Source: Monocercomonoides exilis PA203
Lineage: Eukaryota > Protista > Preaxostyla
DNA: 64,000 nucleotides
NCBI GenBank assembly: GCA_001643675.2
Contig: LSRY02000045.1
Span: 1 to 64,000 of the forward strand
Direction: 5' to 3'
In this document: one piece after another, positions 11,690-23,875 of the stretch
Layout of the letters: every line of letters starts with the position of its first letter
Position numbering within the stretch: position 1 is the stretch's first letter
Notes under the pieces: model-generated
Databases searched by the model: none
What the model was told of the DNA's origin: nothing
What the model saw: the letters and a program-made list of their open reading frames with translations, nothing else
Made by a program: the position numbers and the translations under genes

Positions 11690-14600
11690 TTTGTTTTGCA
11701 TTGTAAAAAATAAAATGAAAGTGTAATTCGAAAATGATGTTGATCATTATCTCAATTCAGTTTTTCAAGATATCAATACTCAAACAAATGAATGAAAACA
11801 GTTCTCGATTTTGATGATTTGAAGATAATTATTAATGATCACACAAGAAAACATTTTGAGAATATTTTATTTTTTGTTTAAAGATGTTTCAATTCATTCA
11901 TAAAGGAAAAAAAATACTGTTGAAACATGGTGCAAACAAGAATACAAAATAGTTGATGATTCTCATCAAATTTCAAAACAAATGTCAAAATGAAATTGGA
12001 CTTTGACATTAACATTTGAAATTGGGTGAGTGTTTTTGAAATCAAAAATGATAATTCTGTTCTCCAATAATAACCAACATTCGATCATTGGGTCAAACAG
12101 ATTGCAATGAATTGTTCAGTGGATTGAAATCATCAATTATTGAATCATTGAAAATAACTGAAAGACAACAATCTGAAAACAAATAGAAACTCATCAATAG
12201 TTCTGCTTGGTTTCATCTTCATGATCTTCAAATTGATTTATCGAAATGAATTCTTATGATAGAAATAGTGTGATGCCACAAAGGAATCACCCAAATCTCA
12301 AATCAACAAACGATAATGAAAACAATGATAAATGATTATTTGAATGAGACTGGATTTTTGACTATCAAATTACTGAATAAATAAACAAGACAAGACAAGA
12401 CAAGATAAGATAAGAGGTGAGAAATCAATTCTGAATAAATATATCATCAACATGGACAATAACAGTTTTATCATGTGAAGGGTCAAGAGAATTTTGTTGA
12501 AAAAAAGAATCTGCTAATTTACGAGAAAATCAAATTTCAAATTATCTTTGATTTTAAGAGAAAAGAAATTGAATATCGAATCCTATTTTGTTTGAAACAT
12601 TCATTCGACAAACCGAATGTTATAAGAACATTTTTTAATGAAAATAATTCATTTGTATTTCTTCTGAATAATAAACGGTGAAAAGGCTCATCTGCGAACT
12701 TATGAGTGTTTGAATATTGTGAAAAAAAGATTTGTTTGAAGAAATGATATTCTGGCCAAGTGTTACAAACGTTCTGTTGCTATTTAAATAACTATCTTTT
12801 TCGAAAATAAATAAAAGCAAAAGACAAATTTGTTCAAAGTTATGATTTTTTTATGGAAATATTGAATATAAAATAATAATAAATTTTTATAAATAAATGT
12901 ATTTTTTAAAAAATATCAAGTGAAAATGAAACGAATCAATGAAAATTATTCATTTCGATTTGCTGCAAACATTCAATCAATACTTATTTCAAATATTTGG
13001 ATAAAAACAAAAAGAAAAGAACAAAATAGAATTTTCACCATTTGGGACAGAATTCTTACATTTATGAAAAATTCAATGATTTGTTCCAAAATTTTTGCAA
13101 TCGTATAATCATAAAACTGACATTACTGTGCTCTATTGAATGAGAAATATAAAAAGTGGAGAAAAAATCTTTGAAAGAAATGAGTGGAACAAAATTCATA
13201 AAGCAAAAATTTCGTCCCATTTGAAAACATCATCATATCATTCACTTTCATATTCAATAAATAAAATAAAAGCAAAACAATAAATTTGATTCCAAAACGA
13301 GTCTTTCAAGAAAAGTTTATGCGCATTTTGGCCGTTGGCATTTAGCTTTTGAAACTCTCAATTTCTCTTTGAATTAAAAAAAAATTATTTGACAAGTGCT
13401 GACAATGCCTTTCAATTGAACCAACTGTCTTATTATTTTTTTTCAACAATAAAATCTTGACAAAAATGACAATCCTTTCAACAGCAATGATAAAAATAAA
13501 AAGAGGAGGAGAAAGTGCTTTCGAAGGAAAAGTCGCATTTCTCTTCTTTTTGCATTTCTTCAGCCCCATTCTTCCATTGCTCGTCATATCCCTTGCGTCA
13601 CGCTCTCTTTTTGTCTTTTCTAACGTCTCAGATAAGCAATAAGATTCTTCATCTTCAGTCAATTTCCTTTTATAAAATCTTCTGCCTTTGCTTAACAACC
13701 CTTCATCTTCCTCGGCTGCCTCGAACACCTCATTTGTCGGATGCTATCGCTCTCAGAATGTTGCAGTCAGCGGGAGTGAGGGGAATCCATCGAAACCAGC
13801 GAGACAGCAGATATCAGATGATGGGGCGAATTCGTTCACTTGGTGTGTGTGGAATGGCTCAAAAACTACTGGAGAAAATGATGAATATGAAGACAGAGCT
13901 TCAAATGGAGGGGCAATCAATATATACGGTCTTTCATCGGGAACACTTTCTGTAAAACATTGCTCGTTCAACGACTGCTACGCGTATTATGGCGGAGGAG
14001 CAATAACAGCATATGAAATATGTTCCATTACGGTCGAGAATACTTCGTTCAACGCTTGCACAGCTCAGAACTACGAAGGCGGAGGAATTGACATTTATTC
14101 GATTTCGTCATGCGTCAGGATCAGTGGGTGCGAATTTCAGAAATGCAAAGCAAGTGGTTATGGAGGAGGCCTTTATCTTCAAACTTTTAATGTTTCTGGA
14201 TCTTCCTGTATTGGAACAGAAAACGACAAAGGGGAGAGTGCTTGTGTGTTTGAATGTTTATTCACTTCGTGCTCACTTTCAAGCACTAGTGGCGGAGGGA
14301 TGTGCTGTTTCAATGTTCCAGCTGCATTCAAAATGAGGAGCCTCCAGTTTATTTCGTGCAGCGCATTATCATATGGCGGAGGAATGAGATTTGATCCAAA
14401 CCAACAAATAGCTCCAAGCAACAACATTTATTGCTATTTCTTCTTCTTCCATGATTGCAGTTGCAGTAATTCCACTCCATATGGCCATGATGTGCATTTT
14501 TATGATGGAAACAATCTTTTTTCATCGGCTAACCCATTCTACGAATCGTACACAACGAATAGCAATGATACGAGAGTGTACTACCAATATTATAACGGAA

Positions 14601-17600
14601 ACAATTGGGTGTATCAGCATACAGAAAAGAAGGATTGGCTGAAGGACAAAACGATTTATGTTGGAGTGAGTGGAGATGACGCAAACAATCTGTGTGGGAT
14701 GAGTGAGGCAGCACCTTGCAAGACAGTGGGGCATGCAGTGGGGTCGAGCATGGCGCAGCTGAGCTCCACAATCACGTTGCTGGGTGGGAGGCATGTGAGC
14801 GAAGGGGCGACGATCAGTGTTGGGGAAAAGAAGATTTCTGTTGTTGGGAGAGGGAAGACAGTGAGTGTGATTGGGACGAATTCTCTTTCTTCGATTTCAA
14901 CGACGCTGTTCAGTGTGTCGAGTGGGCAGTTGGAGTCGAAATATTTTTGCTGGCTGAAATAACGGCAAATCCCAGATCTGAAGGAGAGCATCCAATAAAA
15001 TCATCCGTATTTGCGCTGGCGCTGCCACAGCCGCCAGAACTGCCGTTGAGATGAAAAAACAAAATTTTGCTGCATCCCTCGTCACCACACTGCACCCCTC
15101 CCAATCGCAGTTTTCATTGCTCCTATCGCATCCCCCGCCGTTTTGGCCCACACAGGAACCCCGATCATCGAAAAATTCTTCTGTTGCAAAACATCCCCAG
15201 CTGCGCCCTGCTGAGAAATAAAATACGGAAAAAAAGACACAAAAAAGGTGCAACACATCAACAGCTCCCTCGAGAGGCAAACAAAATGGCACACCTCCAC
15301 CACCCTGGCTGAAAAGATAACATTCTGAAAAGAAACAACGCCACCCACCGACACCAAGCTGCCCCACAAGCCCACTCATACCGCCAACTCACAACACATT
15401 TCCAGCACAGCACATAGAAAGAGGCATCGCAAACATGCTCCATGCACAGGCACAGCCATCTGGCCGATAAATCGCTGCCCCATTTCCCAGTCAGCCCAGA
15501 GGCTCATCACCAGTACCACCTCAAGGATCGAGTTGCACCCCTCAGAGGGTGCCATGCGCCGTGTCCACTCCAAGTTGCAAAACTTCTCTCAACACGCTTT
15601 CCGCTTTTTCTGTTTTCATTTGATCTGATTGCATAAACCAATTCCTTATTCTATTTGAGAAAAAATATTTTTTTTTTGTAATTGTAAATATATTTTTATT
15701 ATTATTTATAAAAAAGAAAAATGCCATTCCCCCCTGGTTTCTGTGTGTCCAGACTCCTCCAAATCCAATTTCTCAGCCATTTCTAAAGAATTCATTTGCG
15801 CTGGCTCCTTTCCAAAGACAATCATGTGTGTTGATTCCCTTATATTTTTTCACACAAGGGAATGCCACACAAACAGACAGATAAAAATATGTTTTGAGTG
15901 GAACTGAGCGAAAAAGAAATCAACGATGTGAATGAGAACAAAACAGAGAATAAAGTGTTTGAAATCCCTCTGAAAAATTACAATATTTTTTTTTGTGAAT
16001 TTTCAAGGATATTTCCAATCCCTTCATGCTTATCACAATTCAAATGCAATCCTATCCTTCATCTTCCTTCTCTTGTTCCAACAAGCTCCACACCCTCCAT
16101 ATGTTCTCCATCTCCCTCTTCTTTCCTCTCCCTTCCAAAAACACAACTGCCCCTCAACCCCTCTCAACAAACACATCTGCTCCATCAGCCATATGCCCAT
16201 CCAGCATCCTTTCCTCCGCTTCATCCTCACCCCCCTCCAACAACTGCCTGCCACTCACCATCCTCTCCCATTTCTTCTGTCTGCTTTCCCCAACTTTTCT
16301 GCTCCAAAACACACAGCATCCATCACAACCATCAACATTGCCAACAACCTTGCTGAGCGTGGAATCATCACACCCACAAACACTCCTCACCCCATTTCAT
16401 TTGCCCAGCCACAACATCTTTCTCTTCACATTTCTTCTTCCTTCTTCCTCCTTCCTTTCCTTTCCATTCCATCTCAATCCCCTGCCTCTCTCTGCTTTTC
16501 TTCTTTCATTCTCCCTTTAAAAGACCCCTCCAAGCAGACTGCCAACTGCCCCTTCCATCACCTTCCTCTTCCTCTTCCTCTTCCTCATTGCAAAGCAGAC
16601 ACATCTCTATCACTCCCAACAACATCATTCCCTCTTTTTGCTCATTCACAGACACACATTCCCCAAAAAACACAAATATCAAAAGGGAATGCCAAAGGCA
16701 ACACAACCTTCTCCACACACATTTCCCAAGGTTATCAATGATGAGCAGCCACACCACAAGACAAACAACAACTCATATAAAAAAATGATTAATAAATCAA
16801 CTGACCCTTCTTTCTCCTCCCCTCACAAACTGAGTTTCATCCGCCATTCCTCCTTGCTCTTTCACCTTCATTTCCCTCTGCTCCCTTCTCCCAACTCGTT
16901 CTGGACGAGACATCTCATTCCTCCATCCCCTCAAAACTCTCCTGTTTTCCCATTCTCCACAAATGCATCCTTCCCGTTTTGCCAGATGTCTTTTTGTCGA
17001 ATAAAACAAACTGCAAGAACTGGTTCCACCATTTCTATCAGGAAAAGTGTCTCACCATATCCTCAAATATATTCAAAACCATCACTCATTCCAAATGGAA
17101 CACATATGAATTGAAACTTATGAGAAGGCCAAAGAATGTGTATCCTGCTCAAAATCCACTCAGACACACCAACTGTCAATTCGATCCTTGTTCAGTTCAA
17201 AGAACTTCTTTGACAATCCCTCTCAAAAAAAATCCATCTTGCTGTCTTTCCTTCTGCTTCATGCAAGGCTTCATTCACAAACAGATTCTTAATAATTCCT
17301 CTTCTCATTTCTCGCCTTTTGCATTCTCTCTTCTTTCCATACCTTTCCATGGACTCACAACCCTGATGATCGCCAAAGTGCTCACGTGATTGGCCTTGAT
17401 GACTCCAATTCAAAAACCAAGAGCTTTGTGATATTTCCTTTCATTAACAAAAAGGAATGATAAAAAACAATCCTGCTCATTCTCATTGATATATTTTCTT
17501 GGGATGAGATGGGTCTTCTTAATAGTGTTGATGAAGATAACAACAGAAACAGGGGATGGTGATGATAGAATGACAGAAAAAGAGACACTCCAAGGTCTGC

Positions 17601-18151
17601 CAAATGGCATTTCAGGCGAAGACAAATTCCTTTCAAACACAAGAGAATCATCTTGTTTTGTCTCTTTGGGATGTTGAAGGATGTTGATCCAATTTCCCAG
17701 ATCGAGTATTGGCAAATGCGAAGAAGAAGAAAAAACGTTTGAAAATATGGAAAGCGAAGATGATGCACAAGTGAAAAAGCGAATTTTGATAAATGAAAAT
17801 AATCCATTTGTATGTGCTTTGAACTTCACAATAATATTGAAAGATGACACCAATATGAGAAGAATAAAGCACATGATCAAAAGTGCAACAATTTTGTGAC
17901 ATGACCAAAACAAGATTTGGCATTGTTATTCTTTTTCTTTCACTTTTCAATAAAATACCATTCATTCAAGGGGATTGGCAGGATATGTTGCAATCCAGGT
18001 GCTGAATGATAAATAAAAGCATTGTCGATATTTTCTCCCTCTTATTATCTCATGCTCATCACGAGCACCAGGCAGCGGCCATAAAGAAAGAAATCAATTT
18101 CTTTTCTGCTCATTTCAAACACAAACAACAAGAATTGGCAAGGTTGTTGAG
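11690..18151 (-). repeat. Right arm of ~6.3-kb inverted repeat (near-identical core ~12023-17083)
   Basis: Mirror of the left arm. Core differences are mostly homopolymer-length changes; substitutions and indels cluster at 17084-18151 and ~11690-12022. Confidence 0.95.
13510..14962 (+). pseudogene. Mirror copy of the truncated surface-receptor N-terminal fragment (424-codon open core)
   Basis: Translation identical to 3306-4580(-), with the same 5' frameshift and the same 3' breakpoint at 14935/14936. Confidence 0.8.
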
Positions 18152-20593
18152 CTGCCCCACAAACAATCCCCTGTCCCCATTTCTCTTCCAGCCTCTGTCC
18201 TTTCAACCAAAAAACATCAAATTGAGCCATCTTTCATTCATCAAACTCTCTAATCTGTTATGGCAAATGATCAAAGTTTAATGATAAAAAAGCCGTTCAA
18301 CAGAGTGAGAAATCAAGACGTCAAACATTGCAGCTGGAATAAATGAATTATTTCCAGAGATATGGCAGATGAGACAACAACAATTTTATTATGAGGGAAG
18401 CTGGAATTATTCATTTTGATTGATGGAATGGTGTGGAGCAACAACATTTTCAATGCGAGTGCGGATATTTGTATGTATGCAATTTATATTGTTCTATTTG
18501 TTGTGAAGATGTTATCATCCGTAACCTCTCCAAAGTGGTGATTCAGACGATTTATTAAAAATGGACGATTTATTCTTTGCAGAACAGAACAGCAATGAAG
18601 CGAGCCAAATGTTATCTTACAAATATATCATTGGAGCCAGAATGTATTTTATCATAAATGTTTATGTTACTCATTTTGGACTCAACATGCGCGATAGATA
18701 GAAATGTGATGAAAAATGAATTTTAATGGAGCAGAAATCAACGGGGTTGGAAGATATCCAAAGGCAAAAAGGAAGAATGTCCAATCCCTATGAAAAGGGA
18801 ACGTTTTTTAATGAGTGTGGGATATTTTCAAAAATTTTTGTTGGAGAGATTGTGGCAAATGACCGAAACAGGAGATTGGCAGCAGTTTGGACAGAGCAAG
18901 GCGCCTTTCTTGGGATGAGAAGGGTAAGATATTGATTTTATGGACTGAGGAGAGGGATGGAACTACTTTTAGTTGATTGGCTTGTTAGTCGAAAATACGA
19001 GAAAAACGGACAGTTCTGTGTGATACAAGAAGCTTGTGGTGGATTTCAGACAAAATGGACTTTGAATATTTTAATACTCGCCTTAGCCTTATGTCATCGA
19101 AGCGTTATCTACAAGAGCAGAGAACGAGGTTGTTATTTTGAGGATATTTTACAGAAGAAAATATCGTTCATATGAAAACTCAGCAGCATCTTCTTTATCG
19201 TCTTTTGCATCTCCTTCATCGTATTCTTCATTCTCATAGACTTTTTCATTTGTTGTTATTCTTCTTTTTCAGCCTCATAGTTTTCATCATCTTTTTTGTC
19301 TTCTTCGCCTCATCATCATCATCATCACCAGCTCCTCCGAATAAAATAATTTCTTCTTCTTCTTCAATTTGTCTATCTATGTCTTCTTCTTCTTCGTTTT
19401 TCTCGTCTTTTTTTTTTCCCCTTCCTTTCACTTGCCATCTTATGAAATAAGTTGGTTAGAGTTGTTGGAATTTGTGGAATGGAAGCGAAAGGGAGGATTG
19501 GACATGGGCAATTTTGAGGGAGCAGAAGAGAAGTGGTATCATTTGCCTTGAGATTGGGAGCAGAGACAGAGAAGGATGATGTTGTGGGCAGAACAGAGAA
19601 ATATACACAGAAGAAGAAGAAGAAGAAGAAGAAGAAGAAATATTGTCTCCGAAGATTGGTCATATCAATTGGCATAGGTTTGTTCATTATTATTATAAAA
19701 ATATTTTTTTTCGTATTTTATTTTTTTATGATGTTTGTATTGTTACAAGAATGCTCAATGGCAATGAATGAACATGGAACATGAAAAGAGAGGATTAAAA
19801 ATGCATAAAAGAAGTCGGGATGAAACAAATGAAGGGGCGCATGGAGGAGTGAGCTGGAGGAGAAATGCGAAATGTAATGAAAGAAAGATAATTTTGAAGG
19901 TTTTGGAAGGAGCGTTGGACAAATCTGGTTGAAAGCAAAAAGAGAGAATGGGAAAATGATGAAAAGATAGAAGAAATGCACAAATAATTGAGAAGAAGAA
20001 AAGAAACTGTGCCTAACAAAGAAGAAAAAGAAAGAGAAAGGAGCTTTAGCGAAAAATCGATGTGATTGGCTTTTATGAGGAAATTATTCAAAAATTTGGA
20101 GAAAGTTCTAAAAAGAAGATGGAAATATACCTCGGAATATTAATCAAAATAAATGGCTTGAAGATAATGTTCATATTCCATATCTATTTTAGAAGAGTTT
20201 ATTTTTGCTTGAGATGAAGGAAGGGATGAGGAAGCAAGGAATGCGATGATTCTTTGAGAAAAGTTGGCAAGAGAAAAGGATAAAAAAGGTATGATATTTT
20301 TATTAATTATATTATTTGACTATTTTTTATATGATTTATTGTTTTTTCTTTTTATTTGTTTGAAAAAAAAAGTGTTTTTGTGGGCATCTTCCAAAAGTCG
20401 CAAGGAAAAGCAGAATAACATCAGACGATAGAAAGTGAAGGGCAATGAGCAGAATCAGCTTGGGAAAGAGCTTTGTAGGATTATTAATAATAAAAAGGCA
20501 TTGGCAGCGAAGGTCTGTTATATTTTTTTTATGAGATTCATAACATATGCAGCAGAAAAAGGAAGGAAAATGGTTGTAGAATAATTTGAGGTT

Positions 20594-22432
20594 TTGATGA
20601 AAATTGTATTGAGAGGAAGAGGAAGAGGTGAAGGAGGGAAGAGAGGAGAACAACGAGGCGGAGGAAGAGGTGCAGAAGGAAGTGAAGAAGAAAGTGAAGG
20701 AGGAGGGAGTGTATTGGTGAGCGAGACTCATTTCTCATCTTTTTGTGTGTCTTCAGCCCCGTTTCTGGCACCTCCATTGACACGCCTTGTATCTCTCGCC
20801 CAGCTGACCTTCTTCAACATCTCCACAAATCCACCAAAAATATCACATCTGGCTGAAGGGCTGAGCCAAACATCATTTCTGATGAGTGGGTGTGAGTTTG
20901 TATCGGTGTGGGATGTTTATGATGGGGGCATTGTTCCCTCACTGAACAGCCCCTCATCATCCTTGGCTGCCTCGAACACCTCTTTTGCCAGGTGCTATCG
21001 CTCTCAGAATGTTGCAATCAGCGGGAGTGAAGGGAATTTATCGAAACCAGCGAGACAGCAGATTGCAGACAATGGGGCAAATTCGTTCGCTTGGTGCGAG
21101 TGGAATGGCTCAAATACAACTGGAACAAGTAGTTCTTATTCAGATGGAATATCGAGTGGAGGTGCTATTAACATGTACAACAAGGCATCGGGAACACTTT
21201 CAGTGAAATTTTGTTCGTTCAACGACTGTACTGCATACAGTCGAGGAGGAGGAATTATGTGCCATACAATTCACACAATCAAGGCAGAAAACAATTCGTT
21301 CAATGCATGTACTGCAAAAAATTATTATGGAGGAGGAATATTTGCTGAATCAATTTCGTCATGTGTCAGGATCAGTGGGTGCGAGTTCCAGAAATGTTCT
21401 GCAAAATATAATGGAGGAGGACTTTTTCTTAATTCTTTTAATGTTTCTGGATCCAATTGTATTGGAATAGAAAATGGGAAAGGGGAGAGTGCTTGCGTGT
21501 TTGAATGTTTATTCACTTCGTGCTCACTTTCAAGCACTAGTGGCGGAGGGATGTTTTGTCAAAATGTTCCGGCTTTGTTCAAAATGAGGAGCCTCCAGTT
21601 TATTTCGTGCAGCGCATTATCATATGGCGGAGGAATGAGATTTGATCCAAACCAACAAATAGCTCCAAGCAACAACATTTATTGCTATTTCTTCTTCTTC
21701 CATGATTGCAGTTGCAGTAATTCCACTCCATATGGCCATGATGTGCATTTTTATGATGGAAACAATCTTTTTTCATCGGCTAACCCATTCTACGAATCGT
21801 ACACAACGAATAGCAATGATACGAGAGTGTACTACCAATATTATAACGGAAACAATTGGGTGTATCAGCATACAGAAAAGAAGGATTGGCTGAAGGACAA
21901 AACGATTTATGTTGGAGTGAGTGGAGATGACGCAAACAATCTGTGTGGGATGAGTGAGGCAGCACCTTGCAAGACAGTGGGGCATGCAGTGGGGTCGAGC
22001 ATGGCGCAGCTGAGCTCCACAATCACGTTGCTGGGTGGGAGGCATGTGAGCGAAGGGGCGACGATCAGTGTTGGGGAAAAGAAGATTTCTGTTTTGGGGA
22101 AAGGGAAGACAGTGAGTGTGATTGGGACGAGTGCACTTTCTACCTCTTCGACAGCGCTGTTTAGCATATCTTCTGGACAGCTGGAGGTGGGGCATGTTGG
22201 GATCGACCACAATGCAACAAGAAGCTCATCGCCGAGTGTGTTTGTGGTATCATTGGGAAGCGGGACACTTTTGCTGGAGGATGTGGTGATCAGTTCTTCA
22301 ACATCAGGTGGGAGTGGAATGACGAAGTGTGTGTTTGAAGTGGCACTGAGGCAGCTGGTGATGAATAATGTTAAGATTGGGAAGAAGGTTTTGATTCTGT
22401 TGAACAAATTTCTTTTATATTTTTTATTATGA
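20594..22432 (+). pseudogene. Third N-terminal-domain fragment of the surface-receptor family (612-codon ORF, no signal peptide or TM, runs into AT-rich DNA)
   Basis: VWDVYDGGIVPSLNSPSSSLAASNTSF, GGAI repeats and LCGMSEAAPCKT. Positions 21578-22093 are identical to 14327-14842. Family similarity ends at ~22385. Could be a short functional gene or an exon. Confidence 0.7.
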
Positions 22433-23875
22433 AAAACGTTCAAAGAAGCTTTTTTTTGAATCATAAATATTGTATCAAAATCATTTGAATTTTTTGTTGA
22501 AAATTTATTTTTCGCAGCAAGATAATCTTTCTTTGATTTGAAAAGAGTTGAAAGGTTTTATCCAAATATTTTCAGAGCCATGTCTATTTTTCGAGGTGGA
22601 AGTATTTCATCATTAAACTCATTTGATTCGTATTATTTCGTGACAAACAACACAAAAGCATTGGAAAAGCATCACTAACATGAAATGCTCCTGAAATAAT
22701 AGAAAACTGAGGAGATGAAAGCATTTTTTTATTTTTATTCACAATTTTTTTTGAAAAATCTTTTGATGATTTTTATTTTCGTCACTGCATTCTTTTTCAA
22801 GCCCAAAAAGAAGGATTTTGTGAAACGAACTTGAAAAAAATGAGAAACAATTTTTTCAATAACGAACAGTTATTTTTTGATTTTTGAACTTTTTTCAGCA
22901 AAAATCGTTTTTGTTGAAAAGCTTCTTTTTCCAAAAAATACATTTTCATTCCACTTTCACAATCGAATATTCAGGCACATAGTTTCGATTTGTATCTTTT
23001 GAAGTATGCTTTTCATTTGTGCTTTTTATGAATGCTTAAACGAAGAAATCTTATTGCAACACTTTTCCTTCAAAAATGATTAAAAGCATTCATTTGGTAG
23101 ATGTCCTCCAATAATAAAAAAATAATACAAAAAATAATATAAAAAGATGAAAATACAAAACAAAAAATTCATTTGTTGTCAAATTTGGTGAAGTTGCTTT
23201 TCAAAAAATGAAAAATCAAACTAAAATGGTTAATGGCTTATAAAACTTTTCAAATAAAAAATAACAAGGAAATCCAATCAAATATACTCAACAATGAATA
23301 CTATTCCAAAAACAGTCTGGTGCGAAGTACATATTAACGGCCAATGCTAAAAGTGTGAAGTTGGATCAATAACAATTCTTGATTTCCAAAACAAAAATTC
23401 AAATCTCTCAAAAGCTCTCAAATCAATGCTGTATGCAAACACTACTAAACATGACAAAACTGATGTGCTCAATTTCTCAATATGCACACAAAATTCTCAA
23501 ACGAAAAGAAGTCAAATAAAATAAAATAAAAATAAAAACATTTTCCGAGTGGATGAAAATTCGCAATAATGCGAGAAAACTTAAAAAAAGACCAACGAAT
23601 CAAAAGATAAACCTAATAAACCATTGCTCGTGAGTCTCTTTCGTTTTGTTGCTGAGTGACTTTGTGTTGTTGAATCTATCGAACATTCATCATTTTGCAT
23701 TTTGTCTTTGTAAAAAGGAACAAATTTCTTCTTCTTTCTCTTCTTTTTTCTTCTTTTCCTTCTTTTTCTTCTTCAAGTTTTATCTTTTCTTCGGCTTTTC
23801 CCTCTTTTCCCGCGTTTCTTCTCTGAGCTGCTTTGAGTTGAATCCGATGCAGCGCAAAGACAGAACGCAGCGAGA

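Noticed and set aside
14936-15640. Helitron insertion starting with TC at the cassette breakpoint
   Set aside because: The 5' flank is G rather than A, no CTRR end with hairpin was found, and the sequence looks like a decayed family gene on the opposite strand.
171-18151. The whole inverted repeat as a fold-back read artefact
   Set aside because: Arm edges differ by many real substitutions and indels, and the spacer is a TSD-flanked element, neither of which a chimeric read would generate. Only the near-identity of the core still needs read-level confirmation.
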